Of a stretch of DNA of 64,000 nt, positions 49,441 to 59,198 are shown piece after piece; the stretch's first letter is position 1, and each line of letters begins with the position of its first letter. This DNA comes from Dehalococcoidia bacterium. Its GTDB lineage: Bacteria > Chloroflexota > Dehalococcoidia > Bin125. Under the pieces are notes generated by a model. The model was not told the DNA's origin. It ran no database searches and saw only the letters and a program-made list of their open reading frames with translations. A program made the position numbers and the translations under genes. Location of the stretch: NCBI GenBank assembly GCA_963555985.3, contig OY820591.1, positions 544,001-608,000 of the forward strand, given 5' to 3'.

Positions 49441-52400
49441 CTACTTGGGCACGGCGGTGACGCGGATTTTCAGGGAGCGGCCCTGCGTATTCTCACCCCA
49501 ATTTAGTGAGGAGGCGCGCATCGCGTCCGCGATGCTCCAGCCGTTGGCGGACGGCTGCAACGTCTGCCCGTTGTCCAAGGTGGTGTTCACCTTGGCTTGC
49601 GTAGTGTTGCCGGTCCCCCCGAGGTGGACGAAGTACTGCTTGCCCGCCTCGAGCGCGCAACCGGCGCCTGAGCAGGTGAAGGTGGAATCGCCGACCGCGG
49701 GGGTCCCGGACAGGGTCGCGAGCGCCGTCGTGGTGTCGGGTTTGCCGTTGGACAGCCGGCTGCGGAGGTAGACGGTGATGCTGCCGGCGCTGTGCATCTC
49801 GGCGAAGTTCAGCGTCACACTGGAGAGGGTGTAGCCGCCGCTGTTGCTCCCGGTCGTGAACTCCTGCGCCCACTGGGCGGTGCCTGCGACGATATGAGTC
49901 AGGGTTGTGGTCTGGCTCAGGTTGGAGACGGTGACGGCGGCGGTGAACGTCTCGCTGGCGACCTCGTTCGCGCTGTTGCAGCCGGTCGCGCTGTACGCCT
50001 TGTAGGTGTAGGTCGTGCCGGCGGTCAGCCCGGTCAAGTCCTCTGTGGCGTCGTTGGCCGCGACCGGGCCCTGGCAGGTGTTGTCCGGCCCGGTGTTCGC
50101 GTCGTACCACCACTGCGCGGTGTGTCCGGCGATGGTGAGCGTGGCGGTGATCGTCGTGATCCCGCTCGCGGTGAGCGATGCGGTCGTGGTGAACGCTGGG
50201 GCGGCGGCGAGTTCGTTCGCGCTGGTGCAGGTCGAATCGCTGTAGGCCTTGTAGGTGTAGGTCGTGACGACGGTGAGGCCGCTGAGCGCCTGGCTGGTCG
50301 TGTGGACCGGGCCCTGGCAGGAGGTGTCGGGGGCGGTGTCGGCCTGGTAGTACCAGGCGCCGGCGTGATTGGCGATGGTCAGCGTCGCGGTGGTGCCGGC
50401 GACGTCGCTCGCGGAGAGGGTGGGCGCCGGTGGATCCGGCATATCGGTCGACCAGAGCATGTCGGAGGGTTCGGACCAGGCGCCGTAGCCGATGAAGTTG
50501 TCGTGGGCGCGGACGCGGACCTGGTAGGGCACGCCGCCGCGAATGTCGCCGCTCCAGCTGGCGCGGTTGGTGGTCTCGCCGATCAGCGTGGGCGAGGAGG
50601 TGACCACGGCCTGACCGCCGCGCTTGCCGTCCATGCCGATGATCGGGGCTTCCCACGACGTCCAGGCGGGCTGCCAGGGCTCGCCGATGGCGGTGCGCCA
50701 GATGCACTGCCACTTGCCGTCGACCGCCTGGGGCGGGGTGACCTGGCAGGGGCGCCACTGGATCTGGTACCAGTTGGGGGCGCCGCTGGGCGTGGTCCAG
50801 GAGACTTCGATGTCGTTGTTTTTGGGGGCGCCGGTGGGCTTGGTCGGCGCGCCGACGCAGAGGGGCAGGGTGACGTCGTTGCCGGAGGCGTCGTGCTGGG
50901 GGTTGATGTCGGAGAGGTACTTGGACCAGCCCGCGGGTATACAGCCGCTGAGCCGGTTCTCGCCCAGTGCGAAGTTGGCGGAGGTCAAGGAGGTCAGGCC
51001 GCCGAGCTGGTTCGGGATCTGCCCGCTGAAGCGGTTGTTATTCAGCCAGAGGCGTGTCAAGTTGGTCAGCTTGGCCAGGCTCGCCGGCAGGGGACCGGAG
51101 AGTTGGCTGTTGTCCAGGGCTAGCTCGGTCAACTCGGTGAGGTTGCCGATGTTGGCCGGGAGCTGTCCGGTCAGTTCGCGGTTGTACAACCGGAGCGTCG
51201 TGAGACCGGTGAGGTTGGCGAGTCCGCGCGGCATCGGGCCGGGGCGACTGGCCAAGACGCCGGATTCGACAACGAGCTTTGTCAACGCATCCAGATCGGC
51301 GACGGTGTTGGGCACGTTCCCGGTGCTGGAATACCAATAGAACGTTACGTTCAGTTCCGTCACCCGGCTGTTTTCGACTTTCACACCCGTCCACGAACTC
51401 ATCGCCGTATCGGTCTTCCAGTTGTCGAGCACGGAATCGCTGACCTTGATGATGTCCTTGGCGGCGAGCAGGGTGTCGCAGTCTTCCACGATGGGGCCTG
51501 AGGTCACGGTGCTGCCGCCCACGGCGGTGGTGCCGGCGCAGACGTCGTCGTCGCCTTCGGTGGCGTCCAGCACGGTGGAGACGTTGTTGAAGTTGGCGTC
51601 CGTACTGGTCGCGGTGTGGGTGACCGTGGTCGCGCCGTAGGCGTAGTCGCCGTCGCCCTTGCCCGCGCCGGGCACCGTGTCGGTGTCCTGCGCGGCTGTG
51701 AGCGTGACGGTCTGCGGGACCGACCAGTTGGAGGGGGTGAAGGTCAGCGTGGTCGGGTTGGCGGTGATGTCGCTGTCGCCCGTCGTGGTGATGGTCACGG
51801 TGACGTTGGCGGTGGGCTGATGGCTGAGCCAAACGGTATGGGTCTCCGAGCTGCCTTCGGGAATGATGTGCCAGGGCGTGGAGAGCGCGACCGACGAGGT
51901 GGTGAACTCCGCGTCGGTGGCGTCGGAGGTCACTTCGGTGTTGCAGGCGGCGTTCGAATAGGCCTTGAACGTGTACGAGGTCCCGGGCTCGAGCCGCGTG
52001 AGGCTCGCTGTGTTTCCCGGCCAGTACACGAGGGTGCAATCACCGGAACTGGGCGCGGTCTGTTTGTAGTACCAGTTGCTGGAGTGGCCCGTGATGGTGA
52101 GCGTGGCTCCGTAGTAGGCGACGTTGGATGCGGTCAGCGTGCCTGATCCCGCGGCGGTGACCAGTTGGCCCGAGGCGATCGCCGCGCCGCTGCAGCCGCC
52201 GCCGTAGACGGTGATCGTGTAGGTGGTGTCGGCGTCGAGGCCGCCCACGGTCGTCTGCTGGCCGTTGACCGGGCCGACGCAGCCGGACTGTCCGGAGGCG
52301 CCGCTGGCTCCGGCTGCGCCGGCCGCTCCGGGCGGCTCGTCGGCGCGGTAGTACCAGGTTCCGTCGTAGTTGCCCAGGGTGAGGTCGGCGCCGTCGGCGG

Positions 52401-53766
52401 TCTCGTTCTCGACGGTCAGCGTGGGCGCGGCTTCGGGCGTCGCGGCGACGTACCAGGGCGCGGCGGCGGGCGCGGGGCGGCTATTGCCGACGCTGTTGAC
52501 GGCGCGAATCTTGAAGCGGTATTCGATGCCGTTGTCCAGGCCTTCGACGCGGAAGGAGGTGGTGGTCGCGCCGCTGGTCGGCATCGCCGTCCAGTCGCTC
52601 CAGGCGACGCCGGTGTAGCGGATGCGGTACTCGTAGCGGCTGATCGAGGAGTCGGCCGGGTCGTCCCAGGTGAGGATCACGCGCTGGTCGCCGGGTCTCG
52701 CGCTCAGCCCGGTCGGTCGCGCGGGCGCGGTGGGCTCGTCGTTGTCGATCTCGGTGGCGGTCCAGTCGACCTTGCCGCCGTACCAGTCGCGGGCGTCGTG
52801 GGTGACGTCGCGGGCGCCGTTGGCGTAGTCGTCGTCCTCGGCGGCGATCAGGGTGACGGTCTGGGCGGTGTTCCAGTTGGCGGGGGTGAAGGTGAGCTTG
52901 AGCGCCGCGGCGTCGCTGGGTTCGCCCTTGAAGCTGATGTCGGGGTCGTTGTTGTCGCGTACGGAGAGTCCGATGCAGACTTCGACGTCTTCGTCGGGCT
53001 GGACGGTGAGCTTGACCTGGTAGCTGGTCTCGCCGCCTTCGGGGACGGAGAGGGCGGTGATCGGGTTGCCGTTGCCGTCCTGGACGATGATGCCGCGCGG
53101 AGCGGGCGGCGTGTAGGGTCCGCTCGCGGGGGAGTTGCGCCAGTTGGCGCCGCCGCCCGCGTTCTTGGCGCGGACGCCGACGATGTAAGTCTTGGCGTTG
53201 TCGGCGCTGATGGTGATGCTGGTCGCGGTGAGGTCGAAGGCGGCCAACTGCCAGCTCTGGGCGTTGTCGTCGGTGTAGGTGACGTGGTACGAGGTCGCGC
53301 CCGCCGGAGCGTCCCAGGAGGCGGTGAGGGTTCCGTCGGCGCGGGTCAGGCTGACGGCCGCGACCGCGCTCGGCGGCGGAGGCGGGGTGTAGGGTCCGGC
53401 GGCGGCGGAGTTGCGCCAACCGCTGCCGCCGTGCTCGTTCTTGGCGCGGACGCCGACCACGTAGGTCTTGGCGTTGTCGACGTCGATCCTGATGTTGGTT
53501 TCGGCGTGGTCGAGGGCGGCCAGTTGCCAGCTCTGTTTGCCGTTGTCGGAGTAGGTGACGTGGTAGGAGGTCGCGCCCGGCACGGCGTCCCAGGAGGCGG
53601 TTAATTTTCCGTCGGCGCGGGCGATGCTGACCGAGTTGGGCGTCGCGGGGGGCGAGGTGAGATCACCGCCGCTCTCGGCCAGGGCGCCGGCGATCGCGGC
53701 CAGCGCCGCCAGCAGCGCGATTGCCGCCAAGGTCCAGGTTCGAGAAGCTGAACGCAGGAATGTCAT
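49441..53766 (-). CDS. Large secreted multidomain surface protein (Fn3 repeats, Cys-paired ~80-aa repeats, LRR block, C-terminal choice-of-anchor-R-like domain)
   Basis: Signal peptide; duplicated 'LTASWDA..GATSYHVTY'; 'LTFTP.NW...QTVTL' x2; LRR 'LSGPLPASLAKLTNLTRLWLNNNRFSGQIP'; 'VSNL...AQEFTTGSNSGGYTLSSVTL'. Confidence 0.88.
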   Translation of the reverse strand: MTFLRSASRTWTLAAIALLAALAAIAGALAESGGDLTSPPATPNSVSIARADGKLTASWDAVPGATSYHVTYSDNGKQSWQLAALDHAETNIRIDVDNAKTYVVGVRAKNEHGGSGWRNSAAAGPYTPPPPPSAVAAVSLTRADGTLTASWDAPAGATSYHVTYTDDNAQSWQLAAFDLTATSITISADNAKTYIVGVRAKNAGGGANWRNSPASGPYTPPAPRGIIVQDGNGNPITALSVPEGGETSYQVKLTVQPDEDVEVCIGLSVRDNNDPDISFKGEPSDAAALKLTFTPANWNTAQTVTLIAAEDDDYANGARDVTHDARDWYGGKVDWTATEIDNDEPTAPARPTGLSARPGDQRVILTWDDPADSSISRYEYRIRYTGVAWSDWTAMPTSGATTTSFRVEGLDNGIEYRFKIRAVNSVGNSRPAPAAAPWYVAATPEAAPTLTVENETADGADLTLGNYDGTWYYRADEPPGAAGAAGASGASGQSGCVGPVNGQQTTVGGLDADTTYTITVYGGGCSGAAIASGQLVTAAGSGTLTASNVAYYGATLTITGHSSNWYYKQTAPSSGDCTLVYWPGNTASLTRLEPGTSYTFKAYSNAACNTEVTSDATDAEFTTSSVALSTPWHIIPEGSSETHTVWLSHQPTANVTVTITTTGDSDITANPTTLTFTPSNWSVPQTVTLTAAQDTDTVPGAGKGDGDYAYGATTVTHTATSTDANFNNVSTVLDATEGDDDVCAGTTAVGGSTVTSGPIVEDCDTLLAAKDIIKVSDSVLDNWKTDTAMSSWTGVKVENSRVTELNVTFYWYSSTGNVPNTVADLDALTKLVVESGVLASRPGPMPRGLANLTGLTTLRLYNRELTGQLPANIGNLTELTELALDNSQLSGPLPASLAKLTNLTRLWLNNNRFSGQIPNQLGGLTSLTSANFALGENRLSGCIPAGWSKYLSDINPQHDASGNDVTLPLCVGAPTKPTGAPKNNDIEVSWTTPSGAPNWYQIQWRPCQVTPPQAVDGKWQCIWRTAIGEPWQPAWTSWEAPIIGMDGKRGGQAVVTSSPTLIGETTNRASWSGDIRGGVPYQVRVRAHDNFIGYGAWSEPSDMLWSTDMPDPPAPTLSASDVAGTTATLTIANHAGAWYYQADTAPDTSCQGPVHTTSQALSGLTVVTTYTYKAYSDSTCTSANELAAAPAFTTTASLTASGITTITATLTIAGHTAQWWYDANTGPDNTCQGPVAANDATEDLTGLTAGTTYTYKAYSATGCNSANEVASETFTAAVTVSNLSQTTTLTHIVAGTAQWAQEFTTGSNSGGYTLSSVTLNFAEMHSAGSITVYLRSRLSNGKPDTTTALATLSGTPAVGDSTFTCSGAGCALEAGKQYFVHLGGTGNTTQAKVNTTLDNGQTLQPSANGWSIADAMRASSLNWGENTQGRSLKIRVTAVPK

Positions 53767-53898
53767 GATGATTTCCTCGCAGTCACGTAATCAGGCTAAC
53801 AGAGATACGATAGGGCTATATATGGGGGAATGGGTGGCGGTTGTTCATGTTTTGGTTACTTTTGTGGGTAGGTGTTCACTTTGAGGTCGGTGTCGTTC

Positions 53899-54245
53899 GC
53901 GGGCGGGAATGCGGATGCTGCTCGATCCGCCGCGTGGGTTCCCGCGTTCGGAGGGCTTTGCAAATTGGCATTCCCGCTGCTCTCGTCATTCCAGCGAAAG
54001 CTGGAATCTCGCCCGACCAGATAGACCGAACTCCGAACGAGATTCCAGGTCAAGCCTGGAATGACGGAAATGGGGATTTTGCGCGGGTCTCCTCAAGGGG
54101 GAGCTGCCACGAAGTGACTGAGGGGGTGAAACGTGGTGCAGCGGATAGCGCTGCGGTGTTCTCACCCCCTCTGCCTGCGGCATCTCCCCCTCAAGGGGGA
54201 GATCGATCATGGTGTACGCGCGGGTCTCCTCAAGGGGGAGTGGAG
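53899..54245. repeat. Composite palindromic repeat cluster
   Basis: Paired CGTCATTCCAG...CTGGAATGACGG; CTCCCCCTCAAGGGGGAG hairpin; GCGCGGGTCTCCTCAAGGGGGAG twice. Confidence 0.85.
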
Positions 54246-54592
54246 ATGGGTTTCGCAAACGAGATTTCGTGGCCGTCGGGGTCGACGATGTGGAAGTAGC
54301 GTTCTCGCCAGGGGGCGTCGCGCGGTTCGAATTCGGGTTTGAGGCCGGCGTTGATGGCGTTGGCGTGGAAGGCGTCTACGTCGTCGACGTAGAAGATGGC
54401 GCGTCCCCAGAAGCCGGTTCCGGGTTCGGCGGCGATCAGGTTGAGGTAGCTGTCGCCGGCTCGGTAGGAGGTGAAGCCGGCTTGCGGTCCGCCGTAGAGC
54501 TTTTGGAAGCCGAGGGCTTCGTAGAAGGTTGTGGCGGCTGCCATGTCGGCGGTGGCGAGGGTGACGGCGCTGAGGGACGTGACCGCTGGCAT
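54230..54592 (-). CDS. VOC/glyoxalase family protein
   Basis: 'FYEALGF', 'FYVDDVDA', 'PRDAPWRERYFHIVDPDGHEISF'. Confidence 0.88.
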   Translation of the reverse strand: MPAVTSLSAVTLATADMAAATTFYEALGFQKLYGGPQAGFTSYRAGDSYLNLIAAEPGTGFWGRAIFYVDDVDAFHANAINAGLKPEFEPRDAPWRERYFHIVDPDGHEISFAKPISTPP

Positions 54593-54594
54593 GA

Positions 54595-55005
54595 TCAGGT
54601 CAGGTCCGTGAAGGGGTTGTAGGCGAGTTCCCAGAGGTAGCCGTCGGGATCGCTGAAGTAGCCGCTGTAGCCGCCCCAGAAGACCGCTTCGGGTTGCTTC
54701 ACCAGCGTGGCCCCCGCGTCGAGTGCTTCCGTCATGGCCGCATCGACCGCTTCAACCGAGGCGAGGTTGTGGGCGAGGGTGATCGTCGGCGTGCCGACCG
54801 TTGGCTCGGCGAAGAGCACGTCGGCCTCGTCGGGGAACCTGTCGCGGCGGTAGAGCGAGAGCCAGGTTCCCTCCAGTTCAAGGAAACAGATGTTGTCGCC
54901 GTCGTTGTAGTTGGGGGCGGGCAGGCCCAGCCCGTCGCGGTAGAAGCGGAGCGAGGCTTCGAGGTCGGAGACGCCGAGGGTGATGATGCTGATCTTGGGT
55001 TTCAT
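54595..55005 (-). CDS. VOC/glyoxalase family protein
   Basis: 'IITLGVSDL', 'FWGGYSGYFSDPDGYLWE'. Confidence 0.9.
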   Translation of the reverse strand: MKPKISIITLGVSDLEASLRFYRDGLGLPAPNYNDGDNICFLELEGTWLSLYRRDRFPDEADVLFAEPTVGTPTITLAHNLASVEAVDAAMTEALDAGATLVKQPEAVFWGGYSGYFSDPDGYLWELAYNPFTDLT

Positions 55006-55077
55006 AGGCACAGCATACGAAGCGGGGCGGAGCTTGCGCCCCGCCCCGCTTGGCGTTCTGTCTTGTGAGCGGCAGCG

Positions 55078-56370
55078 CTAGAAGGCGAGCGCGCGCGGCT
55101 CGGACTGTCCGCCGTCCATGCCCTGGGGCCACCAGTGGTCTTCCCAACCTTCGTCGTCCCAGATGTGCTTGAGGTTGGGCAGCACCTGCTGGGCGGTCAT
55201 CTCGATGTTGGGGATGGCGAGTTCCTTGGGGATGGAGCCGAACTGGTTGAGGATCATCAGGTGTCCGACGTGGAGGGTCTTGATGACCTCTTCGAGCTGC
55301 TCGGTGACCTGGCTCGGGGTACCGGCGACGATGTTGCCCTCGCGGATCAGGTCGGCCCAGGTGATCTCGGAGTTCGCCTTGGAGGCGAGCATCTTTTCCT
55401 GGGTCTTCTCGCCCTTGAACTTGTCGGTGTCGCCGAAGACGGGCTTGAGGCCCTGGCTGCGGGTGAAGCCCTGCTCGATGGTGCGGACGGTGCGGTAGCC
55501 GGGCGGGTCGGCGTAGCGGGGGTCGATGTGGAGCATCTTGTTGTAGAAGTACTCCGCGTGGGGCCCGAACTTGTCGGCGACTTCCTGCTCGGTCTCGCCG
55601 ACGGCGACGAGCTGGAGGAATCCGGCCTGATAGGGGTTGAGCGGCTTCTCACGCTGCTGCATGGTTCGCCAGAAGCCGTCGACGTTCTTCTGCCCGGCCT
55701 TGTAGCCGCCGTAGGAGAGGTAGCAGTAGACGTAGTTGTTCTCGGCGCACCATTCCCAGGTCTCAACCGAGCCGCCGCCGGGGATCCAGACGGGCGGGTG
55801 GGGCTGCTGGATCGGTCGCGGCCAGATGTTGATGTAGCGCAGCTGGTTGTAGCGCCCGTTGTAGGAGAACATCTCCGGGCGGGTCCAGGCCTGCGTGATC
55901 ACATCGGCGGCCTCGTAGTACTTGTCGCGCAGGTGCGAGGGGTTCGCGCCGTAGCAGAAGCAGTCGTCCATGGGCGTGCCGACGGGGAATCCGGCGACGA
56001 GGCGTCCGCCGGAGATGCAGTCCAGCATGGCGAACTCTTCGGCGACGCGGGTGGGCGGGTTGTAGAGCGCGATCGAGTTGCCGAGCACGACGATCGCGAC
56101 GTCCTTGGTTCGCCGGCAGAGGTTCGCCGCCATCAGGTTGGGCGACGGCATCAGGCCGTAGGCGTTCTGATGGTGCTCGTTGATGCAGATGCCGTCGTAG
56201 CCGGCGGCCGCGGCGGCTTCGAGCTCGTCCAGGCCGTCGTTGTACATCTCGTGCGCCTTGGCCGGGTCAAACAGCTCCGAGGGCACGTCAACCCAGACCG
56301 AGCTATAGCGCTCGGCGAAGTCGGGGGGGAGGTCCCGATAGGGCATCAGGTGGAAGAACTCAAACTTCAC
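55078..56370 (-). CDS. LLM-class flavin-dependent monooxygenase
   Basis: 'NEHHQNAYGLMPSPN', 'AEEFAMLDCISGGRL', 'WPRPIQQPHPP'; GTG start behind GGAG. Confidence 0.92.
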   Translation of the reverse strand: MKFEFFHLMPYRDLPPDFAERYSSVWVDVPSELFDPAKAHEMYNDGLDELEAAAAAGYDGICINEHHQNAYGLMPSPNLMAANLCRRTKDVAIVVLGNSIALYNPPTRVAEEFAMLDCISGGRLVAGFPVGTPMDDCFCYGANPSHLRDKYYEAADVITQAWTRPEMFSYNGRYNQLRYINIWPRPIQQPHPPVWIPGGGSVETWEWCAENNYVYCYLSYGGYKAGQKNVDGFWRTMQQREKPLNPYQAGFLQLVAVGETEQEVADKFGPHAEYFYNKMLHIDPRYADPPGYRTVRTIEQGFTRSQGLKPVFGDTDKFKGEKTQEKMLASKANSEITWADLIREGNIVAGTPSQVTEQLEEVIKTLHVGHLMILNQFGSIPKELAIPNIEMTAQQVLPNLKHIWDDEGWEDHWWPQGMDGGQSEPRALAF

Positions 56371-56465
56371 GGCCAACTCCGTTCGTATCCGTCGTCACTG
56401 TCCGTCGTGCAGGCGGTCTCTGGGGCAAGGTATTGAATGTCCGCACTCAGTGTCAATCGAGGCCG

Positions 56466-56502
56466 TCAGCGCCGCCTCCGCGCAGTGCGGAGGCGGCGCT
56501 GA
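56466..56502. terminator. Long GC stem-loop after the SBP gene
   Basis: TCAGCGCCGCCTCCGC-GCAGT-GCGGAGGCGGCGCTGA perfect 16-bp stem, no U-tract. Confidence 0.5.
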
Positions 56503-56508
56503 GGGCGG

Positions 56509-58533
56509 CTAGGCCGGGAACTCGGGGTGGGTGGTGTCGAGCCAGGTGTCGTCGTAGCGGTGCGAGGCGTGGGCGAATTGGTAGACGTCCTCGGAGTTGT
56601 TGACGTAGGGCCACTCGACCTGGGGCGAGATCGCGTTCATTACCGAGGGTTGTCCGGTCATCCCGTCGACGCCGTGGTCGGGGTGGACGCCGAGGAAGAT
56701 CTGGAGCAGTTCGGTCGCGGTTTCCTTGCGCTTCTCAACGTCCAACTCGCGCTTCATGCCGAGGATCATCTCTTCGGCGGGCGGGTAGTTGTACTGCGAG
56801 AAGTTGGAACTGCCACCGACGACATGGGTGATATTCCACTCGCCGGTCGGGTCGAGATCTTGCGGGGGGTTGGTCCAGGCGGGCGTCTGTCCTGGGTGGG
56901 TGCCCTCGAGCAGACGCTGGAGGATGACGGTGTAGGGCTGGATGTCCATCGAGAGTTCGACGTCGAGCGCCTGTTCGTACATCGTGCGGACGGTCTCGGT
57001 GATGCCGGGGTAGGTTTGTTCCCAGACATCGGGCGTGATCCAGTAGAAGGTGCGGCTGCCCGGTTCGACTCCAGCCGCGCTGAGCAGGTCGCGCGCCATC
57101 TTGATGTCTTCGTCGCGGTTGGGCCGGTAGCCGGGCCAGGTGGCGAGCTCCTCCGGCGGCACGGTCCAGGCCTGGTTGAACCAGGGGGCCTGGGCGATGG
57201 CGCTGATCTTGGCGGAGCCGAGGTAGACGGCGTCGATCAGCAGGTAGCGGTCGGTGGCGACATGGAAGGCGTAGGCCAGGCGGCGGTCGGCCCAAGGGTT
57301 GCCGAGTCCGTCTTCACCGTCCCAGTCGGGGTTGAAGTTGTAGCGAATCTGGATCGTGAAGCCGAACGGCACGTCAAACGACTGGTGGTCGGGGAAGTCG
57401 TTGAGGATGCCCTCGACCTGGAGGCTGGAGAGCGGGAAGCCGCCGATGTCGATGCCCTTGCCGCGATAGGCGGCGTCCACGGCGGTGGCGTCGAGCAAGT
57501 TGGTGAACTCAATCCGGTCGAGGTAGGGCAGCGGGCCGCCGTCGACTCCCATCTTCCAGTAGTTGGGGTTGGCGTCGAGGTTGATGCCGAGGTCGGGGTC
57601 GTAGTCGAGCGGGATGTAGGCTCCGGTGCCGGAGGAGAGTTCGACATTGGTTTGCTCGTCGCGCCAGCGGTTGCCAAACTCCTCAATCGCTTCGGGCGAC
57701 GTGATCCACGAGAACGGGCTCAGGTGGGCGCCGAGATAGGTTGAGTCGGGCTCGGAGGTGGTGAAGCGGATGGTTTGTTCATCGAGCACCGAGACCGTGT
57801 CGGTCTGCTGGTACTTGCTGGCCGTGAGGAAGGAGGTGTCCTCGATCCCGTCCGCATCGACCGAGTCGATCTGGCGCTGGGCGTTGAAGCGGATGTCCTC
57901 GGCGGTGACGATCCTGCCGCCCTCGGTGGGGAAGCGATCCCAGAAGCGCGCGCCCTGGTCGACGGTGAAGATGTAGGTGGTGTTATCGGGGATTTCGGGC
58001 AGCGACGCGATGTCGCTCTGCATGATCCCCTTTTCCTTGTTCTGCCAGCGGATCAGGTAGTTCATGTAGAGCCCCATCCAGAACTGGGTGGGGCCGAAGA
58101 CGCCGCGGTGGGGGTCGAAGTAGTCGTGGGTTGCGGCCGGGGTCGAGAAGCGCAGCGTGCCGCCGCGGGTGATGGCCGAGACTGCCTGCTGTTGCGCTGC
58201 TTGCTGTTGCTGCGCCTGGGCGACGGCCTGCTCCTGCTGGTCCGCCTGCTGGGCTTGCTGATCGGCGGCCTGCTCCTGCTGCTGCTGTTGGGCTTGCGAT
58301 TGGGCCTGCTGCTGTTGTTGCGCCTGCTGCTGCGCGGCCTGTTGGCGCTGTTGCTGTTGCTGCGCCTGCTGCTGCGCGACAGCCTGGCCGCTGTCGTCGT
58401 CATCGTCGTCGCCGCAGCCGACCAGGGCGAGCCCGGTCGCGCCTACGCCGGCTCGGGCGGACGCGCCCAAGAGAGCGCGGCGGCTCATGCGCCGGCGTCG
58501 CATTCGCTGCCAGTAGTTGCGTTCGTTCGACAT
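56509..58533 (-). CDS. ABC transporter family-5 substrate-binding lipoprotein with Tat signal and Gln/Ala linker
   Basis: 'SRRALL' Tat motif, 'LVGC' lipobox, 'VTAEDIRF', 'SGTGAY', 'NPNYW', 'PYLDRIE'. Confidence 0.88.
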   Translation of the reverse strand: MSNERNYWQRMRRRRMSRRALLGASARAGVGATGLALVGCGDDDDDDSGQAVAQQQAQQQQQRQQAAQQQAQQQQQAQSQAQQQQQEQAADQQAQQADQQEQAVAQAQQQQAAQQQAVSAITRGGTLRFSTPAATHDYFDPHRGVFGPTQFWMGLYMNYLIRWQNKEKGIMQSDIASLPEIPDNTTYIFTVDQGARFWDRFPTEGGRIVTAEDIRFNAQRQIDSVDADGIEDTSFLTASKYQQTDTVSVLDEQTIRFTTSEPDSTYLGAHLSPFSWITSPEAIEEFGNRWRDEQTNVELSSGTGAYIPLDYDPDLGINLDANPNYWKMGVDGGPLPYLDRIEFTNLLDATAVDAAYRGKGIDIGGFPLSSLQVEGILNDFPDHQSFDVPFGFTIQIRYNFNPDWDGEDGLGNPWADRRLAYAFHVATDRYLLIDAVYLGSAKISAIAQAPWFNQAWTVPPEELATWPGYRPNRDEDIKMARDLLSAAGVEPGSRTFYWITPDVWEQTYPGITETVRTMYEQALDVELSMDIQPYTVILQRLLEGTHPGQTPAWTNPPQDLDPTGEWNITHVVGGSSNFSQYNYPPAEEMILGMKRELDVEKRKETATELLQIFLGVHPDHGVDGMTGQPSVMNAISPQVEWPYVNNSEDVYQFAHASHRYDDTWLDTTHPEFPA

Positions 58534-58632
58534 CGGGGTATCCCTCGCTCGGTTTTGAGCGGCAGCCCTCACCGCCTGCTCTGAGGCATAGGGTATAGAA
58601 ATTGAGGCAACACGGGAAATGACAACGAACGG

Positions 58633-59130
58633 CTACAGGGCTCGGATGGTCAATGAAGCGCTCCCCGGATCGAGCTCGCCGAAGCGGTCAACCAGGGCGC
58701 GCCGGCGGAAGCGGAAGATGCGCTCGAGTTGGGGGCGCACCAGGAACTCCGCGATTGGGCGACTGAGCGGATCGAGCGGCAGCGCATAGTGGACGCAGTC
58801 GGTCGCGAGCACGCCGCCGGCGGTCTCCTGGAAGTGGTGCTCGTGATGCCACATGGCATAGGGGCCGACGCGCTGCTCGTCGGCGAAGTAGTGGGGCGGG
58901 TTGAGCTGGGTGATCTCGGTCGCCCAGCTCACCTCGATCCCCAGCAGCGGCGTTACTCGATAAGTGATCATCATGCCCGGGTACATATCGGCGGGGAGTT
59001 CTCCGGTGATGCGGAAATTCATCTCCGGCGGCGTGATCACTGAGAGATTGGCGGGATTGGAGAAAAAGCGCCAAGCGGTCTCGAGGTCGGTGGCGAGCAG
59101 TTGGCGGGCGTCGAGTCGGTACACCTGCAT
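58633..59130 (-). CDS. SRPBCC family protein
   Basis: 'WRFFSNPANL..ITPP', 'FADEQRVGPYAMWHHEHHF'. Confidence 0.88.
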   Translation of the reverse strand: MQVYRLDARQLLATDLETAWRFFSNPANLSVITPPEMNFRITGELPADMYPGMMITYRVTPLLGIEVSWATEITQLNPPHYFADEQRVGPYAMWHHEHHFQETAGGVLATDCVHYALPLDPLSRPIAEFLVRPQLERIFRFRRRALVDRFGELDPGSASLTIRAL

Positions 59131-59198
59131 CGTGCTCGTTAGCGTACCCCGGCAGCGTTGGCTAGGCTGTGTTGCACTCAACCAGTTGGGGAGCGTGC

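Noticed and set aside
47264-49600. Diversity-generating retroelement TR/VR pair
   Set aside because: No reverse transcriptase in the window and differences among the tips are not confined to adenines
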